Assembly (NCBI GenBank): GCA_045587445.1
Contig: JAZNCH010000062.1
Location: 26,715-90,714, forward strand
Source: Eubacteriales bacterium
Lineage (GTDB): Bacteria; Bacillota; Clostridia; Oscillospirales; CAG-272
Length of the DNA: 64,000 nt
Direction of reading: 5' to 3'
Of this stretch, positions 25,376 through 34,596 are shown piece after piece. Each line of letters starts with the position of its first letter. Position 1 is the first letter of the stretch. The notes beneath the pieces are model-generated. The model saw only the letters and a list, made by a program, of their open reading frames with translations, was not told the DNA's origin and ran no database searches. The position numbers were made by a program, and so were the translations under genes.

Positions 25376-26161
25376 TCAATCGAAAAGTCCGTCTTTTTTT
25401 ACGGAATCCCAGTTTACGTCTAAAACCTTTATGGTCTTAACAGCACTTACTTTTGCTTTTTTCTGGAATACGTAACCCTCTTCCATCAGTTTACGCATAG
25501 CCTTCGTAACGTAACCCTTGTCAATTTTGTTTTTTCTTGAAACCGCTTCGACAGTTGCCCAAAACGTAGGATAGCTTCGCTTTCCTTTTTTCTTGTTGTT
25601 CTTTTCTGTCAGGGGCTTGAGGTTTGAAAGAATGGCTCTGAAACAGCCATATAATTCTTCATCTCTTCCGGGAAGCTCAAAACTGCTTGATGCACAGTTT
25701 TTTAGCTGGGTGCTCATCGCATCTTTAACACCGTAAACAATAACTTCTTTTTTGCGTCTTGTTACAAGAAAGCTGACGGCTGAACTGAAATGACCGTCGC
25801 CCGAAAAAATAATAAACGTATCAATGTTGTGTGCTTCTACGGCTTTTTGATAGATATGGTCAAGCATAATAAAATCGGTGAAATCTTTTTTATGGTGGGC
25901 AGATGCGTTCTGCGTTTCGATTATGGTGCTTGAAACCTCGCGAATTTTGGGTATTTCAAGACGAATAGCCGTATTTGAAAAATCTGCAAAAAAGATAATG
26001 TCTTTTACGTCGTATTTGGTGGAAATTTCATTGAACCAAGCCTTAATATCAGGCTTTTTTTGATGAAGCTTTTCAAGGGAAATATACCAATGCTCGTAAT
26101 CAACAAACGCTATAGCGTGTGGTTTCTTGTGGCTCGATTGACGTTTAAATATATTAAACAT
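25376..26161 (-). CDS. NYN (LabA-like) domain protein with a C-terminal winged-helix/LOTUS-like domain
   Basis: AIAFVDYEHWY...IIFFADFS...FIMLDHI...TFIIFSGDGHFSSAV follows the NYN/PIN-like acidic-residue pattern. An AGGAGGA RBS precedes MFNIFKRQ. Confidence 0.75.
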   Translation of the reverse strand: MFNIFKRQSSHKKPHAIAFVDYEHWYISLEKLHQKKPDIKAWFNEISTKYDVKDIIFFADFSNTAIRLEIPKIREVSSTIIETQNASAHHKKDFTDFIMLDHIYQKAVEAHNIDTFIIFSGDGHFSSAVSFLVTRRKKEVIVYGVKDAMSTQLKNCASSSFELPGRDEELYGCFRAILSNLKPLTEKNNKKKGKRSYPTFWATVEAVSRKNKIDKGYVTKAMRKLMEEGYVFQKKAKVSAVKTIKVLDVNWDSVKKDGLFD

Positions 26162-26262
26162 CGAAAAAACCTTCGTCCTCCTTTCTAAAATATTATTTAC
26201 CAATATATTATACAGCAAACGGTTGAAATAATCAAGTTTTTTCTTATTGTTTAAAAAAATGA

Positions 26263-26292
26263 TTTACATTATATATGTAATTGTGGTATAAT
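26263..26292 (+). promoter_or_regulatory. Candidate polA promoter
   Basis: TTTACA (26263-68), an 18-nt spacer ending in TGG, then TATAAT (26287-92). Confidence 0.5.
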
Positions 26293-26327
26293 ATTAGAGA
26301 TAATAAACAGTTCGGGAGAAAAATATT

Positions 26328-28823
26328 ATGAAAAAAATGCTTGTAATCGACGGAAACAGTATTGTTAACAGAGCTTTTTACGGTATCCGTCCTCTGACTA
26401 CAAAAGAGGGGTTGCATACAAACGCCATATACGGTTTTGTAAATATATTACTTAAGAATTTGCAGACCCTTTCTCCCGATTATGCGGCTGTTGCTTTTGA
26501 TTTGAAAGCACCTACGTTCAGACACAAGGAGTATGCCGAATATAAGGCGGGACGTCATGCTATGCCCGACGAACTCAAAATGCAAATGCCTTATGCCAAA
26601 AAAGTTGCTTCTGCATTAGGCTTTGCCGTTCTTGAAAAAGAGGGGTATGAGGCTGACGATATTTTGGGTACGCTTGCCAATATGGGTGAACAAAACTCGG
26701 TTGAGGTTTTTGTCTTAACCGGAGACAGAGACTCATTACAGCTTATTTCGGATACCACCAAAGTATTACTTTCTGGGAACACCGATACCGTTACTTTTGA
26801 CAGAGAAAAGTTCTTTGAAAAATACACTATTCAGCCCGAGCAGTTTGTTGACTTAAAAGCTCTTATGGGCGACAGTTCGGATAATATCCCCGGTGTTGCG
26901 GGGGTTGGCGAAAAAACGGCTATCAAGCTTATAGCCGCAGAGGGCAGTCTCGAAAAGTTATACGAGGGCATTGAAACTAAAGATATTTCGGCTTCTCTCA
27001 AGCAAAAGCTTATTACTTCAAAGGATATGGCTTTTTTGTCGCAGTTTTTGGCGAGAATCGAAAGAAACGCGCCATTGGAACTTGGTTTGAATGATATTGA
27101 ATACAAAGGTTTTGTTTCAGATGTTTTAACTGATTTGTTTACAGAGCTTGAATTCTTTAATTTTATAAAAAGGCTTGAGCTTACAAAAGAAGAGGCTTCG
27201 GTTGAGTATAGGACTTTGACAGATTTGTCTTCATTAGATAAAGAAAAAATATATGCGGTTGATATAACTGAAAGTGTGGTCAGCATAGTTTCCGATAAAG
27301 TGGCTGTTAAAGCGGATATAGCAGACTTATACGATTTTCTTGCAGATAAAGACTATAAAAAAGTATTGCTCGATTTGAAAAAAAGCTATGGTGAGTTTGC
27401 CGAGATGGGCAAAAAAATTGACGGTATTGTTTTTGACGTAACGCTTGGTGCATATCTTGCCGATTCCAATATGGGTAACTATGATATTGAGCATCTTACG
27501 TCATCATTCTTGAATTCTATTTACGAAGAGGGTAAAACCGACAGAGCACAGACGATTTATAAATTATATAACGTACTTCAAAAGACCGTTGAAGAAGCGG
27601 GTATGACGAGTCTTTTGCGTGAAATTGAAATGCCCCTTGCTTGTACTCTTTCAAATATGGAAAGACGCGGTTTCAGAATAGAAAGAGAGGGACTTGCGAA
27701 ATACGGCGAGGTTTTAGCGAGAATTGCCGAGGAGTTAACGGGCAGAATATACTTTGCCGCAGGTTGCGAATTTAATATAAACTCGCCGAAACAGCTTGGA
27801 GAGGTTCTTTTTGAAAAACTACAGCTTCCTGCGGTTAAAAAGACGAAGACGGGTTATTCGACAAATGCCGAGGTGCTCGAAAAATTGAGACCTTATGCAC
27901 CTATTATTGACGATATTCTCGAATACAGACAGGTCGTAAAATTAAAGAGCACGTACGTTGACGGACTGCTTGCCGTTGCCGACGAAAACGGAAAGGTGCA
28001 TACAACGTTTAAGCAAACGGGTACTGCTACAGGCAGACTCTCTTCGACTGAGCCTAATTTGCAGAATATCCCCGTAAGACAAGATATGGGTAGAGAATTG
28101 CGCAGATTCTTTATACCGGAAAGCGATTCCTACGTTTTGATAGATGCCGACTATTCGCAGATAGAATTGCGTTTACTCGCGGCAATATCAGGCGACGAAA
28201 CTATGACTAACGCTTTTATTGACGGCGTTGATATTCATACGGTTACGGCGTCGCAGGTGTTCAATACGCCCATTGAGTTTGTAACTCCCGAGCAGAGAAA
28301 GAGGGCAAAGGCTGTTAACTTCGGTATTGTTTACGGTATGGGTGATTTTTCTCTTGCTTCGGATATAAAGGTTACGAAAAAGCAGGCGGGCGAATATATA
28401 CAGAGTTATTTTGCAACCTATCCTAAAGTTGACGAATACTTGAAAAATACCGTTGAAAAAGCTAAAGAAGACGGATTTGTTACAACTCTTTACGGACGAA
28501 GAAGATATATTCCCGATTTGAAGTCGGGGAAGGCAGTTTTACGTAAGTTTGGCGAAAGGGTGGCTATGAACAGTCCCTTGCAGGGAACTGCGGCGGATAT
28601 TATAAAGATAGCTATGATAAATACCGAAAAGGCGTTGAACGAAAGCGGTATTGATGCCAAGCTTATATTGCAGGTACACGACGAGCTTATCGTTGAAGCT
28701 AACGTTAGCTGCGAAGAACAAGCGAAAGAAATTTTGCAGAGAGAAATGGAAAACGCTGTTAAGCTGTCAGTTCCGTTGACTGTGGAAATTCAAAGCGGAA
28801 AGAATTGGTTTGAGTGTAAGTAG
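26328..28823 (+). CDS. polA: DNA polymerase I
   Basis: It has a 5'-nuclease domain (MLVIDGNSIVNRAFYG..GDSSDNIPGV) and polymerase motifs A (LIDADYSQIELRLLA), B (RKRAKAVNFGIVYG) and C (LQVHDELIVE). Confidence 0.97.
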   Translation: MKKMLVIDGNSIVNRAFYGIRPLTTKEGLHTNAIYGFVNILLKNLQTLSPDYAAVAFDLKAPTFRHKEYAEYKAGRHAMPDELKMQMPYAKKVASALGFAVLEKEGYEADDILGTLANMGEQNSVEVFVLTGDRDSLQLISDTTKVLLSGNTDTVTFDREKFFEKYTIQPEQFVDLKALMGDSSDNIPGVAGVGEKTAIKLIAAEGSLEKLYEGIETKDISASLKQKLITSKDMAFLSQFLARIERNAPLELGLNDIEYKGFVSDVLTDLFTELEFFNFIKRLELTKEEASVEYRTLTDLSSLDKEKIYAVDITESVVSIVSDKVAVKADIADLYDFLADKDYKKVLLDLKKSYGEFAEMGKKIDGIVFDVTLGAYLADSNMGNYDIEHLTSSFLNSIYEEGKTDRAQTIYKLYNVLQKTVEEAGMTSLLREIEMPLACTLSNMERRGFRIEREGLAKYGEVLARIAEELTGRIYFAAGCEFNINSPKQLGEVLFEKLQLPAVKKTKTGYSTNAEVLEKLRPYAPIIDDILEYRQVVKLKSTYVDGLLAVADENGKVHTTFKQTGTATGRLSSTEPNLQNIPVRQDMGRELRRFFIPESDSYVLIDADYSQIELRLLAAISGDETMTNAFIDGVDIHTVTASQVFNTPIEFVTPEQRKRAKAVNFGIVYGMGDFSLASDIKVTKKQAGEYIQSYFATYPKVDEYLKNTVEKAKEDGFVTTLYGRRRYIPDLKSGKAVLRKFGERVAMNSPLQGTAADIIKIAMINTEKALNESGIDAKLILQVHDELIVEANVSCEEQAKEILQREMENAVKLSVPLTVEIQSGKNWFECK

Positions 28824-29010
28824 AAAATAGGGGAGGGTTAATGATGCCCCTTCTTTGGGAGGGGTGTCTTGCCAAAGATAAAACTAAAGGTTTGAAAAAA
28901 AGAAATCTGGCAAGACGGGGTGGGGCTAAAAGAAAGTAACTTAAGGGCAGCCCCCTTCCGTCAGCTACGCTGCCACCTCCCCCAATGGGGAGGCTTAGTA
29001 GTGCACCTTT
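28824..29010. repeat. Hairpin-module array; contains the left copy of a 118-bp direct repeat (28845-28962)
   Basis: GTCTTGCCA..TGGCAAGAC, GGGGCT..CAGCCCC and CCTCCCC-aat-GGGGAGG (28976-28992). It repeats at 29513-29631. Confidence 0.8.
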
Positions 29011-29048
29011 CATTAGTTTTGCTGATAATGTTGTGAGAGTAAAGTTTT

Positions 29049-29438
29049 ATGGACAATTTTAAAATAAAAAAGAATGACTCTCTTTTGAAATTTGCAAAAG
29101 AGTTGCGAAAAAATATGACTCCGCAAGAAAAACATCTTTGGTATGATTATTTAGGCAAATATCCGATAAAAATATATCGCCAACGAATTATAGACAACTT
29201 CATTGTGGATTTTTATTGTGCAAAAGCGAAGCTTGTAATAGAGCTTGACGGTTCACAACATTTTACACCCGACGGAAAACATTATGATTTGCTCAGAACT
29301 GATGTTATAGAAAAATATAAACTTAAAGTAATTCGTTTTTCTAACAATGATGTTGATAACAAATTTAATGGTGTCTGTTCTGTGATTGACAGAACGATAC
29401 AAGAAAGAATAAGCGAAAAAGAAAAGTCGATAGATTAA
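29049..29438 (+). CDS. DUF559 (Vsr/restriction-endonuclease-like fold) domain protein
   Basis: LRKNMTPQEKHLWYDYL......YRQRIIDNFIVDFYCAKAKLVIELDGSQH......D..R...I...G.KVIRFSNNDV is the typical DUF559 core. Confidence 0.85.
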   Translation: MDNFKIKKNDSLLKFAKELRKNMTPQEKHLWYDYLGKYPIKIYRQRIIDNFIVDFYCAKAKLVIELDGSQHFTPDGKHYDLLRTDVIEKYKLKVIRFSNNDVDNKFNGVCSVIDRTIQERISEKEKSID

Positions 29439-29455
29439 AATTCTATCGGCTTTTT

Positions 29456-29745
29456 TGTATCCCTCTCCGTCACACTAAAGTGTGCCACCTCTCCCGTAGG
29501 GAGAGGTGAAAGTGCCCCTTCTTTGGGAGGGGTGTCTTGACAAAGATTAAACTAAAGATTTGTAAAAATGTGATTTGGCAAGACGGGGTGGGGCTAAAAG
29601 AAAAGTAACATAATGACAGCCCCCTTCCGTCGCTGTGCACCACCGTCTACTGCGGTCCGGTCACGGCTCGGCTCTAACAGTCCACGGACTATTATTCACT
29701 ACCTCGCCGCCGCTTCGCTACCCAATGGGGAGGCAATTATTTTTC
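29456..29745. repeat. Hairpin-module array; contains the right copy of the 118-bp direct repeat (29513-29631) plus an extra ~85-nt GC-rich insert
   Basis: CCTCTCC..GGGAGAGG (29488-29507); the repeat copy at 29513-29631; the insert at 29632-29716; the terminal CCCAATGGGGAGG shared with 28981-28992. Confidence 0.8.
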
Positions 29746-29774
29746 TTCGTATGTCAAACTTATAATATAATCAT

Positions 29775-30104
29775 TTATGACAATGATTTTAAATAAACAC
29801 TAAGCAGCTGCAAAGCTGTTTCTTTTTCTTTTGGAGAAATCGAATTGAGCCTTTCAAACAATTCTTCTTGTCTGTTTGTATATGACGGATTGTCATTTGT
29901 CAATATTTCGTCAGGGGTGATATGCAGTACGTTGCATATTTTCAAGATGGTTTCAATCCGCATATTGACCGAGCCGCGTTCAATATCTGCATAGGTACGG
30001 TCTGCCAATCCTGCGGCTTCGGCTACCTCCGCTTGAGTTAATCCTGCTTTCTTGCGGAGAGTGTACAATTTGTTGCCTATGGAGTGGAAATCAAAAATTA
30101 GCAT
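29775..30104 (-). CDS. XRE-family helix-turn-helix transcriptional regulator
   Basis: GNKLYTLRKKAGLTQAEVAEAAGLADRTYADIERG, with an AGGAGGAG RBS. Confidence 0.88.
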   Translation of the reverse strand: MLIFDFHSIGNKLYTLRKKAGLTQAEVAEAAGLADRTYADIERGSVNMRIETILKICNVLHITPDEILTNDNPSYTNRQEELFERLNSISPKEKETALQLLSVYLKSLS

Positions 30105-30127
30105 TATAACTCCTCCTCGTGTTTGTA

Positions 30128-30200
30128 TATAGGAATTATAACTCCAAATCGCCTTGACAAATAGGAGTCAAAACTATATAATTATAGGAAGAATAGCTCC
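30128..30200 (+). promoter_or_regulatory. Consensus promoter flanked by 18-nt direct repeats (candidate operator pair)
   Basis: TTGACA (30154-59), a 17-nt spacer, then TATAAT (30177-82). The repeats TATAGGAATTATAACTCC (30128-45) and TATAGGAAGAATAGCTCC (30183-200) are 14/18 identical and 55 bp apart. Confidence 0.6.
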
Positions 30201-30235
30201 TGTATATTCAAGGGCAGTCTTTTTGGGGGAAAATT

Positions 30236-31522
30236 ATGAGAAAGATAGTTATATTGTTTTGGGCAGTATTTATATGTATATTTGCCATAGGGTGTGAAAA
30301 AAATACTGAAAACGCTTTTAAAGTTGGAAGTAATCGGGGAGTAAGTGTAAAATACGGAAAAGATAACGGAGAAACCAAAATTGAACCCACTATAAAAGAT
30401 TCTTTTATTAGCGAATGGGTTGAATGTGAGAATGTAATTCAAAAATATCGCGTGGCAGGTGATAAAGAGTGGAAAACTTTATCTGCTGAAAAATGGATAG
30501 CATATATTGACGGATTGTTTTTATATACCCCTGACAAGCCATACTATTTGAAATACAGATGTTTTACAGAAAATCACGGGTGGTTGGAGCCTGTATCCAG
30601 TTGGGAAAACGGGAAATATGATTATGCCGGTCTGCCGGGAGAAACAATAACGGATATCGACATTGAGGTTTGGGATCATAAAGGGAAAGTTGATAATAAA
30701 TATATTGTTTTGTATCGTGTAAAAAATGTTAGCGGATGGTTGGAATGGAAAACCAGCGGGCAGAATGCATTAACAAGACAAATAATGAATGACCATAAGA
30801 TTTTAAACGCGGGAGTTCTCGGTGGGAGTGTGCTGAAGCGCGTTAATGGAATTGAGATAAGAATATTTGAAAAAAGAGATAACACAGTTATTCCGAATGA
30901 AACTGCAAAAATTTTAGACGCTCCGTACATATATCAAAATATTAAATATCCGAATGGGTGTGAAAGTGTAAGTGCGGTTATGGCACTGAAATATTGGGGA
31001 ATTGATATTACTGTAGACAGGTTTATTGACAAATATCTTGCCAAAGGAAAAAATCCGATTGTAAACGGTATTGGGCCTGATCCCGATGTTGTATATTGCG
31101 GAGATCCAAGATTGCAGAGTGGATGGGGATGCAATTCTCCCGTTATTGCAAAAGCAATGGAAAAAATAGTTGCGTCTCTCAAATATGAGGTTAATAATAT
31201 CTATGGCAAAACACTGAGTGAACTGTGTGAGCAATATATTGACAAAGACATCCCTGTTATAATATGGGCAACTGTTGATATGATTGACAGCAGCGATGAC
31301 AGCTATTTTGCCGAGTGGGTTACGGAAAGTGGAAAGAATATCAGATATAACAAAAAGCTCCATTGTTTACTGTTAGTCGGGTATGACAATGAACATTATT
31401 ATTTTAATGACCCGATGAAGATGCATAAAGGAGTAACAAATTATATAGGATACAAAAAGAAAGCAGTAGAAAAAGCGTATGATATACTTGGTAAACAAAG
31501 TATAGTTATAATCCCGAAGTGA
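30236..31522 (+). CDS. Lipoprotein with ChW-like repeats and a C-terminal C39-like (papain-fold) peptidase domain
   Basis: The lipobox is FAIGC. Two Y-x5-GW...G...I.I segments resemble clostridial hydrophobic-W repeats. The C-terminal region has NGCESVSAVMALKYWG (Cys nucleophile context) and LHCLLLVGYD (His). Confidence 0.65.
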   Translation: MRKIVILFWAVFICIFAIGCEKNTENAFKVGSNRGVSVKYGKDNGETKIEPTIKDSFISEWVECENVIQKYRVAGDKEWKTLSAEKWIAYIDGLFLYTPDKPYYLKYRCFTENHGWLEPVSSWENGKYDYAGLPGETITDIDIEVWDHKGKVDNKYIVLYRVKNVSGWLEWKTSGQNALTRQIMNDHKILNAGVLGGSVLKRVNGIEIRIFEKRDNTVIPNETAKILDAPYIYQNIKYPNGCESVSAVMALKYWGIDITVDRFIDKYLAKGKNPIVNGIGPDPDVVYCGDPRLQSGWGCNSPVIAKAMEKIVASLKYEVNNIYGKTLSELCEQYIDKDIPVIIWATVDMIDSSDDSYFAEWVTESGKNIRYNKKLHCLLLVGYDNEHYYFNDPMKMHKGVTNYIGYKKKAVEKAYDILGKQSIVIIPK

Positions 31523-31533
31523 CACATAAAGGA

Positions 31534-31552
31534 GCTGAGTTATTAACTCAGC
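31534..31552. terminator. Bidirectional terminator hairpin between convergent genes
   Basis: GCTGAGTT (31534-41) / AACTCAGC (31545-52) with a 3-nt loop. It overlaps the nrdG stop. Confidence 0.55.
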
Positions 31553-32063
31553 CCCTTGCTTCTTTTTTGTCGAGTGATTGTTTCACGTCGATTATTCTTT
31601 GGTTTGATGAGCCTCGGAATTTCAGTGAAATATCTTTTAATTCTTCAACAAATTCGCCGTCTACCAATGTATCTATCAATGAAAGCATATCAAGAGTCGT
31701 ATCTGTAAAGGCTCTTGATTTTTGTTTACCTATAAGTTCTTCAAACGTATAACCCGAATAACACCAAATATTCTTCTCGGGCATTTCTTGTCTTATCCTT
31801 TTCAGCAGATTGACAAGAACTTTTTGGTTTTCGGGTTCAAAGGGTTCGCCGCCGAGCAAAGATAAGCCCTCAATATAGCTCGGTTTCAAGGCTTCAATTA
31901 TCTCGGCTTCAGTCTCTTCGGTATATTCCTTACCAAAGCAAAAGTTCCACGTATCCGGATTAAAGCACCCTTTGCAGTGGTGGGTACAGCCTGACACAAA
32001 CAGGCTGACTCTAACTCCCGTACCGTTCGCAACGTCTGTCTTTTTTATTTCGCCGTAAAACAT
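31548..32063 (-). CDS. nrdG: Anaerobic ribonucleoside-triphosphate reductase activating protein
   Basis: It has the radical-SAM cluster motif GCTHHCKGCFN and lies directly downstream of nrdD. Confidence 0.93.
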   Translation of the reverse strand: MFYGEIKKTDVANGTGVRVSLFVSGCTHHCKGCFNPDTWNFCFGKEYTEETEAEIIEALKPSYIEGLSLLGGEPFEPENQKVLVNLLKRIRQEMPEKNIWCYSGYTFEELIGKQKSRAFTDTTLDMLSLIDTLVDGEFVEELKDISLKFRGSSNQRIIDVKQSLDKKEARG

Positions 32064-32064
32064 A

Positions 32065-34242
32065 TCAGAGGTGCAACACTCTTTCTTTTATCTCTTGTGT
32101 TCTGCCCTGATTCCAATACTGTGTACCGATATAACCGCAGGTTCTTCTTGCAACGTTTATCTTATTCTGGTCTGTGTTACCGCATTTGTGGCATTTCCAG
32201 ATAAGCTTATTATTCTCGTCGTTTTCGATAAGAATCTCGCCGTCATATCCGCATTCCTGACAGTAGTCGCTCTTGGTGTTCAGCTCGGCATACATAATAT
32301 TATCGTAGATAAACTGCATAACCGAAATAACTGCCTCAAGGTTATCCTGCATATTGGGAACCTCAACGTACGAAATAGCACCTCCGGGGGAGAGAAGCTG
32401 GAATTTTGATTCTATCTTCAGTTTTGTAAACGCATCAATATCTTCTGTTACGTGGATATGGTAGCTGTTTGTAATATAACTCTTATCGGTAACTCCCTTT
32501 ACAATACCGAAGCGGTTCTGCAAACATTTCGCAAACTTATAAGTCGTACTTTCAAGGGGAGTGCCGTAAAGTGAATAGTCGATATTTTCGTCAGCCTTCC
32601 ATTTTGCCGTATATTCGTTAAGCTTCTTCATAATTTCAAGTCCCAACGCTTCGCCCTCGGGCTCGGTAAGCTTCTTACCGTTAAGAGCCATAACGCACTC
32701 CCAAAGTCCTGCATATCCGAGAGAAAGTGTACTGTAGCCGCCGTGCAGATATTTGTCTATCTTCTCGCCCTTTTCAAGTCTTAATAATGCACCGTGCTGC
32801 CAAAGAATAGGAGCAGCATCGGAGGTTGTGCCGGTAAGTCTTTCGTGTCTGCACTGCAAAGCCTTGTGACAGAGTTCCATTCTTTCGTCGAAAATTTTCC
32901 AGAACTCGTTCATATTGCCCTTTGCGGAAAGGCCGATGTCAACGAGATTTACAGTAACAACGCCCTGATTAAATCTTCCGTAATACTTGGGTTTACCGTT
33001 TTCGTCAAGGTACGGGGTAAGGAAGCTGCGGCAACCCATACATGTATAGCAGTTACCGTTACCGTTTTTATCAACCTTATTCTGAAGCATAATCTTTTCG
33101 GAAATATAGTCGGGTACCATTCTCTTTGCCGTACATTTCGCGGCAAGCTTGGTCAAGTAGAAGTAAGGTGTGCCTTCCTTAATGTTATCCTCTTCAAGCA
33201 CGTAGATAAGCTTGGGGAATGCGGGGGTTACCCAAACGCCGTCTTCATTCTTAACCCCCTGGTATCTCTGCAGCAGCACTTGCTCTATTATAAGAGCTAA
33301 GTCCTTCTTCTCTTGTTCGTCTTTTGCTTCGTTCAAATACATAAAGACGGTAACGAAGGGCGCTTGTCCGTTCGTCGTCATCAGTGTTACTACCTGATAC
33401 TGTATAGTTTGAACTCCGCGGCTTATTTCTTCCATAAGACGTCTTTCGACAATGGTATTTATCTGTTCTTCTGTGGGCTTGATTCCGACGAGCTCGTTCT
33501 CTTCGAGTACACTCTTGCGAATCTTGTTTCTTGAAATGTTAACGAAAGGTGCAAGGTGGGTAAGGCTGATGCTCTGACCGCCGTACTGGTTACTTGCAAC
33601 CTGTGCTATAATCTGTGTCGCTATATTACAAGCTGTCGAAAAGCTGTGGGGTTTTTCAATCTTAGTACCGCTTATAACAGTGCCGTTCTGGAGCATATCT
33701 TCAAGATTTACAAGGTCGCAGTTATGCATTCTCTGTGCGTAGTAATCTGAATCGTGAAAGTGGATAATACCTTCCTTGTGCGCCTGTACAATGTCTTGGG
33801 GCAAAAGTATTCTGTCTGTAATGTCGCGGCTTACCTCGCCTGCCATATAGTCTCTCTGTACGCTGTTTACCGTCGGGTTCTTGTTAGCGTTTTCCTGCTT
33901 AACCTCTTCGTTCTTGCAGTCAATAAGAGAAAGGATTCTTTCGTCTGTGGTGTTTGCCTTTCTTGCAAGTGAACGAATATATCTGTACTTGATGTAGTTT
34001 CTTGCAACGTTGTATGCACCGTGCTTCATTATTTCGCTTTCGACCATATCCTGTATCTCTTCAACTCCAAGTGCACGGCCGAGCTTTTCGCCCTCGCCTC
34101 TTACGTGAAGTTCAATAGCATCAATATACGGGGTGGAAAGTCTTTCGTTTTCGGGAACTGTCTGGTTTGCTTTTGCTATAGCTTTTCTTATCTTATCGCC
34201 CTCATAAACCACTTGGGCACCGCTTCTTTTTATAATGTTCAT
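32065..34242 (-). CDS. nrdD: Anaerobic ribonucleoside-triphosphate reductase
   Basis: It has an N-terminal ATP-cone, a C-terminal Zn ribbon (CQECGYDG..CHKCG) and the glycyl-radical motif RRTCGYIG. Confidence 0.97.
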   Translation of the reverse strand: MNIIKRSGAQVVYEGDKIRKAIAKANQTVPENERLSTPYIDAIELHVRGEGEKLGRALGVEEIQDMVESEIMKHGAYNVARNYIKYRYIRSLARKANTTDERILSLIDCKNEEVKQENANKNPTVNSVQRDYMAGEVSRDITDRILLPQDIVQAHKEGIIHFHDSDYYAQRMHNCDLVNLEDMLQNGTVISGTKIEKPHSFSTACNIATQIIAQVASNQYGGQSISLTHLAPFVNISRNKIRKSVLEENELVGIKPTEEQINTIVERRLMEEISRGVQTIQYQVVTLMTTNGQAPFVTVFMYLNEAKDEQEKKDLALIIEQVLLQRYQGVKNEDGVWVTPAFPKLIYVLEEDNIKEGTPYFYLTKLAAKCTAKRMVPDYISEKIMLQNKVDKNGNGNCYTCMGCRSFLTPYLDENGKPKYYGRFNQGVVTVNLVDIGLSAKGNMNEFWKIFDERMELCHKALQCRHERLTGTTSDAAPILWQHGALLRLEKGEKIDKYLHGGYSTLSLGYAGLWECVMALNGKKLTEPEGEALGLEIMKKLNEYTAKWKADENIDYSLYGTPLESTTYKFAKCLQNRFGIVKGVTDKSYITNSYHIHVTEDIDAFTKLKIESKFQLLSPGGAISYVEVPNMQDNLEAVISVMQFIYDNIMYAELNTKSDYCQECGYDGEILIENDENNKLIWKCHKCGNTDQNKINVARRTCGYIGTQYWNQGRTQEIKERVLHL

Positions 34243-34325
34243 TTAATTCTCCTTTGTATCTTCGTCTTTCCCTTTACTTATAGTAATCTTTATCTTTCCC
34301 TGTTTAGTTTGTATATTATAACACG

Positions 34326-34372
34326 CACAATATATAGATGTCAATAGTTTTGTCAATCACTATATATTGTAT
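34326..34372 (-). promoter_or_regulatory. Tandem NrdR boxes overlapping the nrdD promoter
   Basis: Plus-strand CACAATATATAGATGT (34326-41) and TCACTATATATTGTAT (34357-72) both match the palindromic NrdR-box pattern acaCwAtATaTwGtgt. Their centres are 31 bp apart. TTGACA elements lie between them. Confidence 0.7.
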
Positions 34373-34474
34373 ATCTGGTGTGGTTGGCTAAGAGCGGAAA
34401 GGGGAGGGAGAAAATGAAAAAAAGGCTTGATTTTATGTGGTTTTTTGGGGATTGATAGGCAGTTTTTTATAACT

Positions 34475-34502
34475 AAAAAAGTCGTCGGCTTACACCGACG
34501 AC
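34475..34502 (-). terminator. Terminator of the abrB-like gene
   Basis: GTCGTCGG (34481-88) / CCGACGAC (34495-502). A U-run follows on the minus strand (plus-strand A-run 34475-80). Confidence 0.8.
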
Positions 34503-34596
34503 ACAATATGTAGAAGAAAAATTTTTTTAGAAAAAACACGTAATAAATTAGAGTGTTAAACTGTTGATAATGCACATAGAAATATATGGGAGTGTA

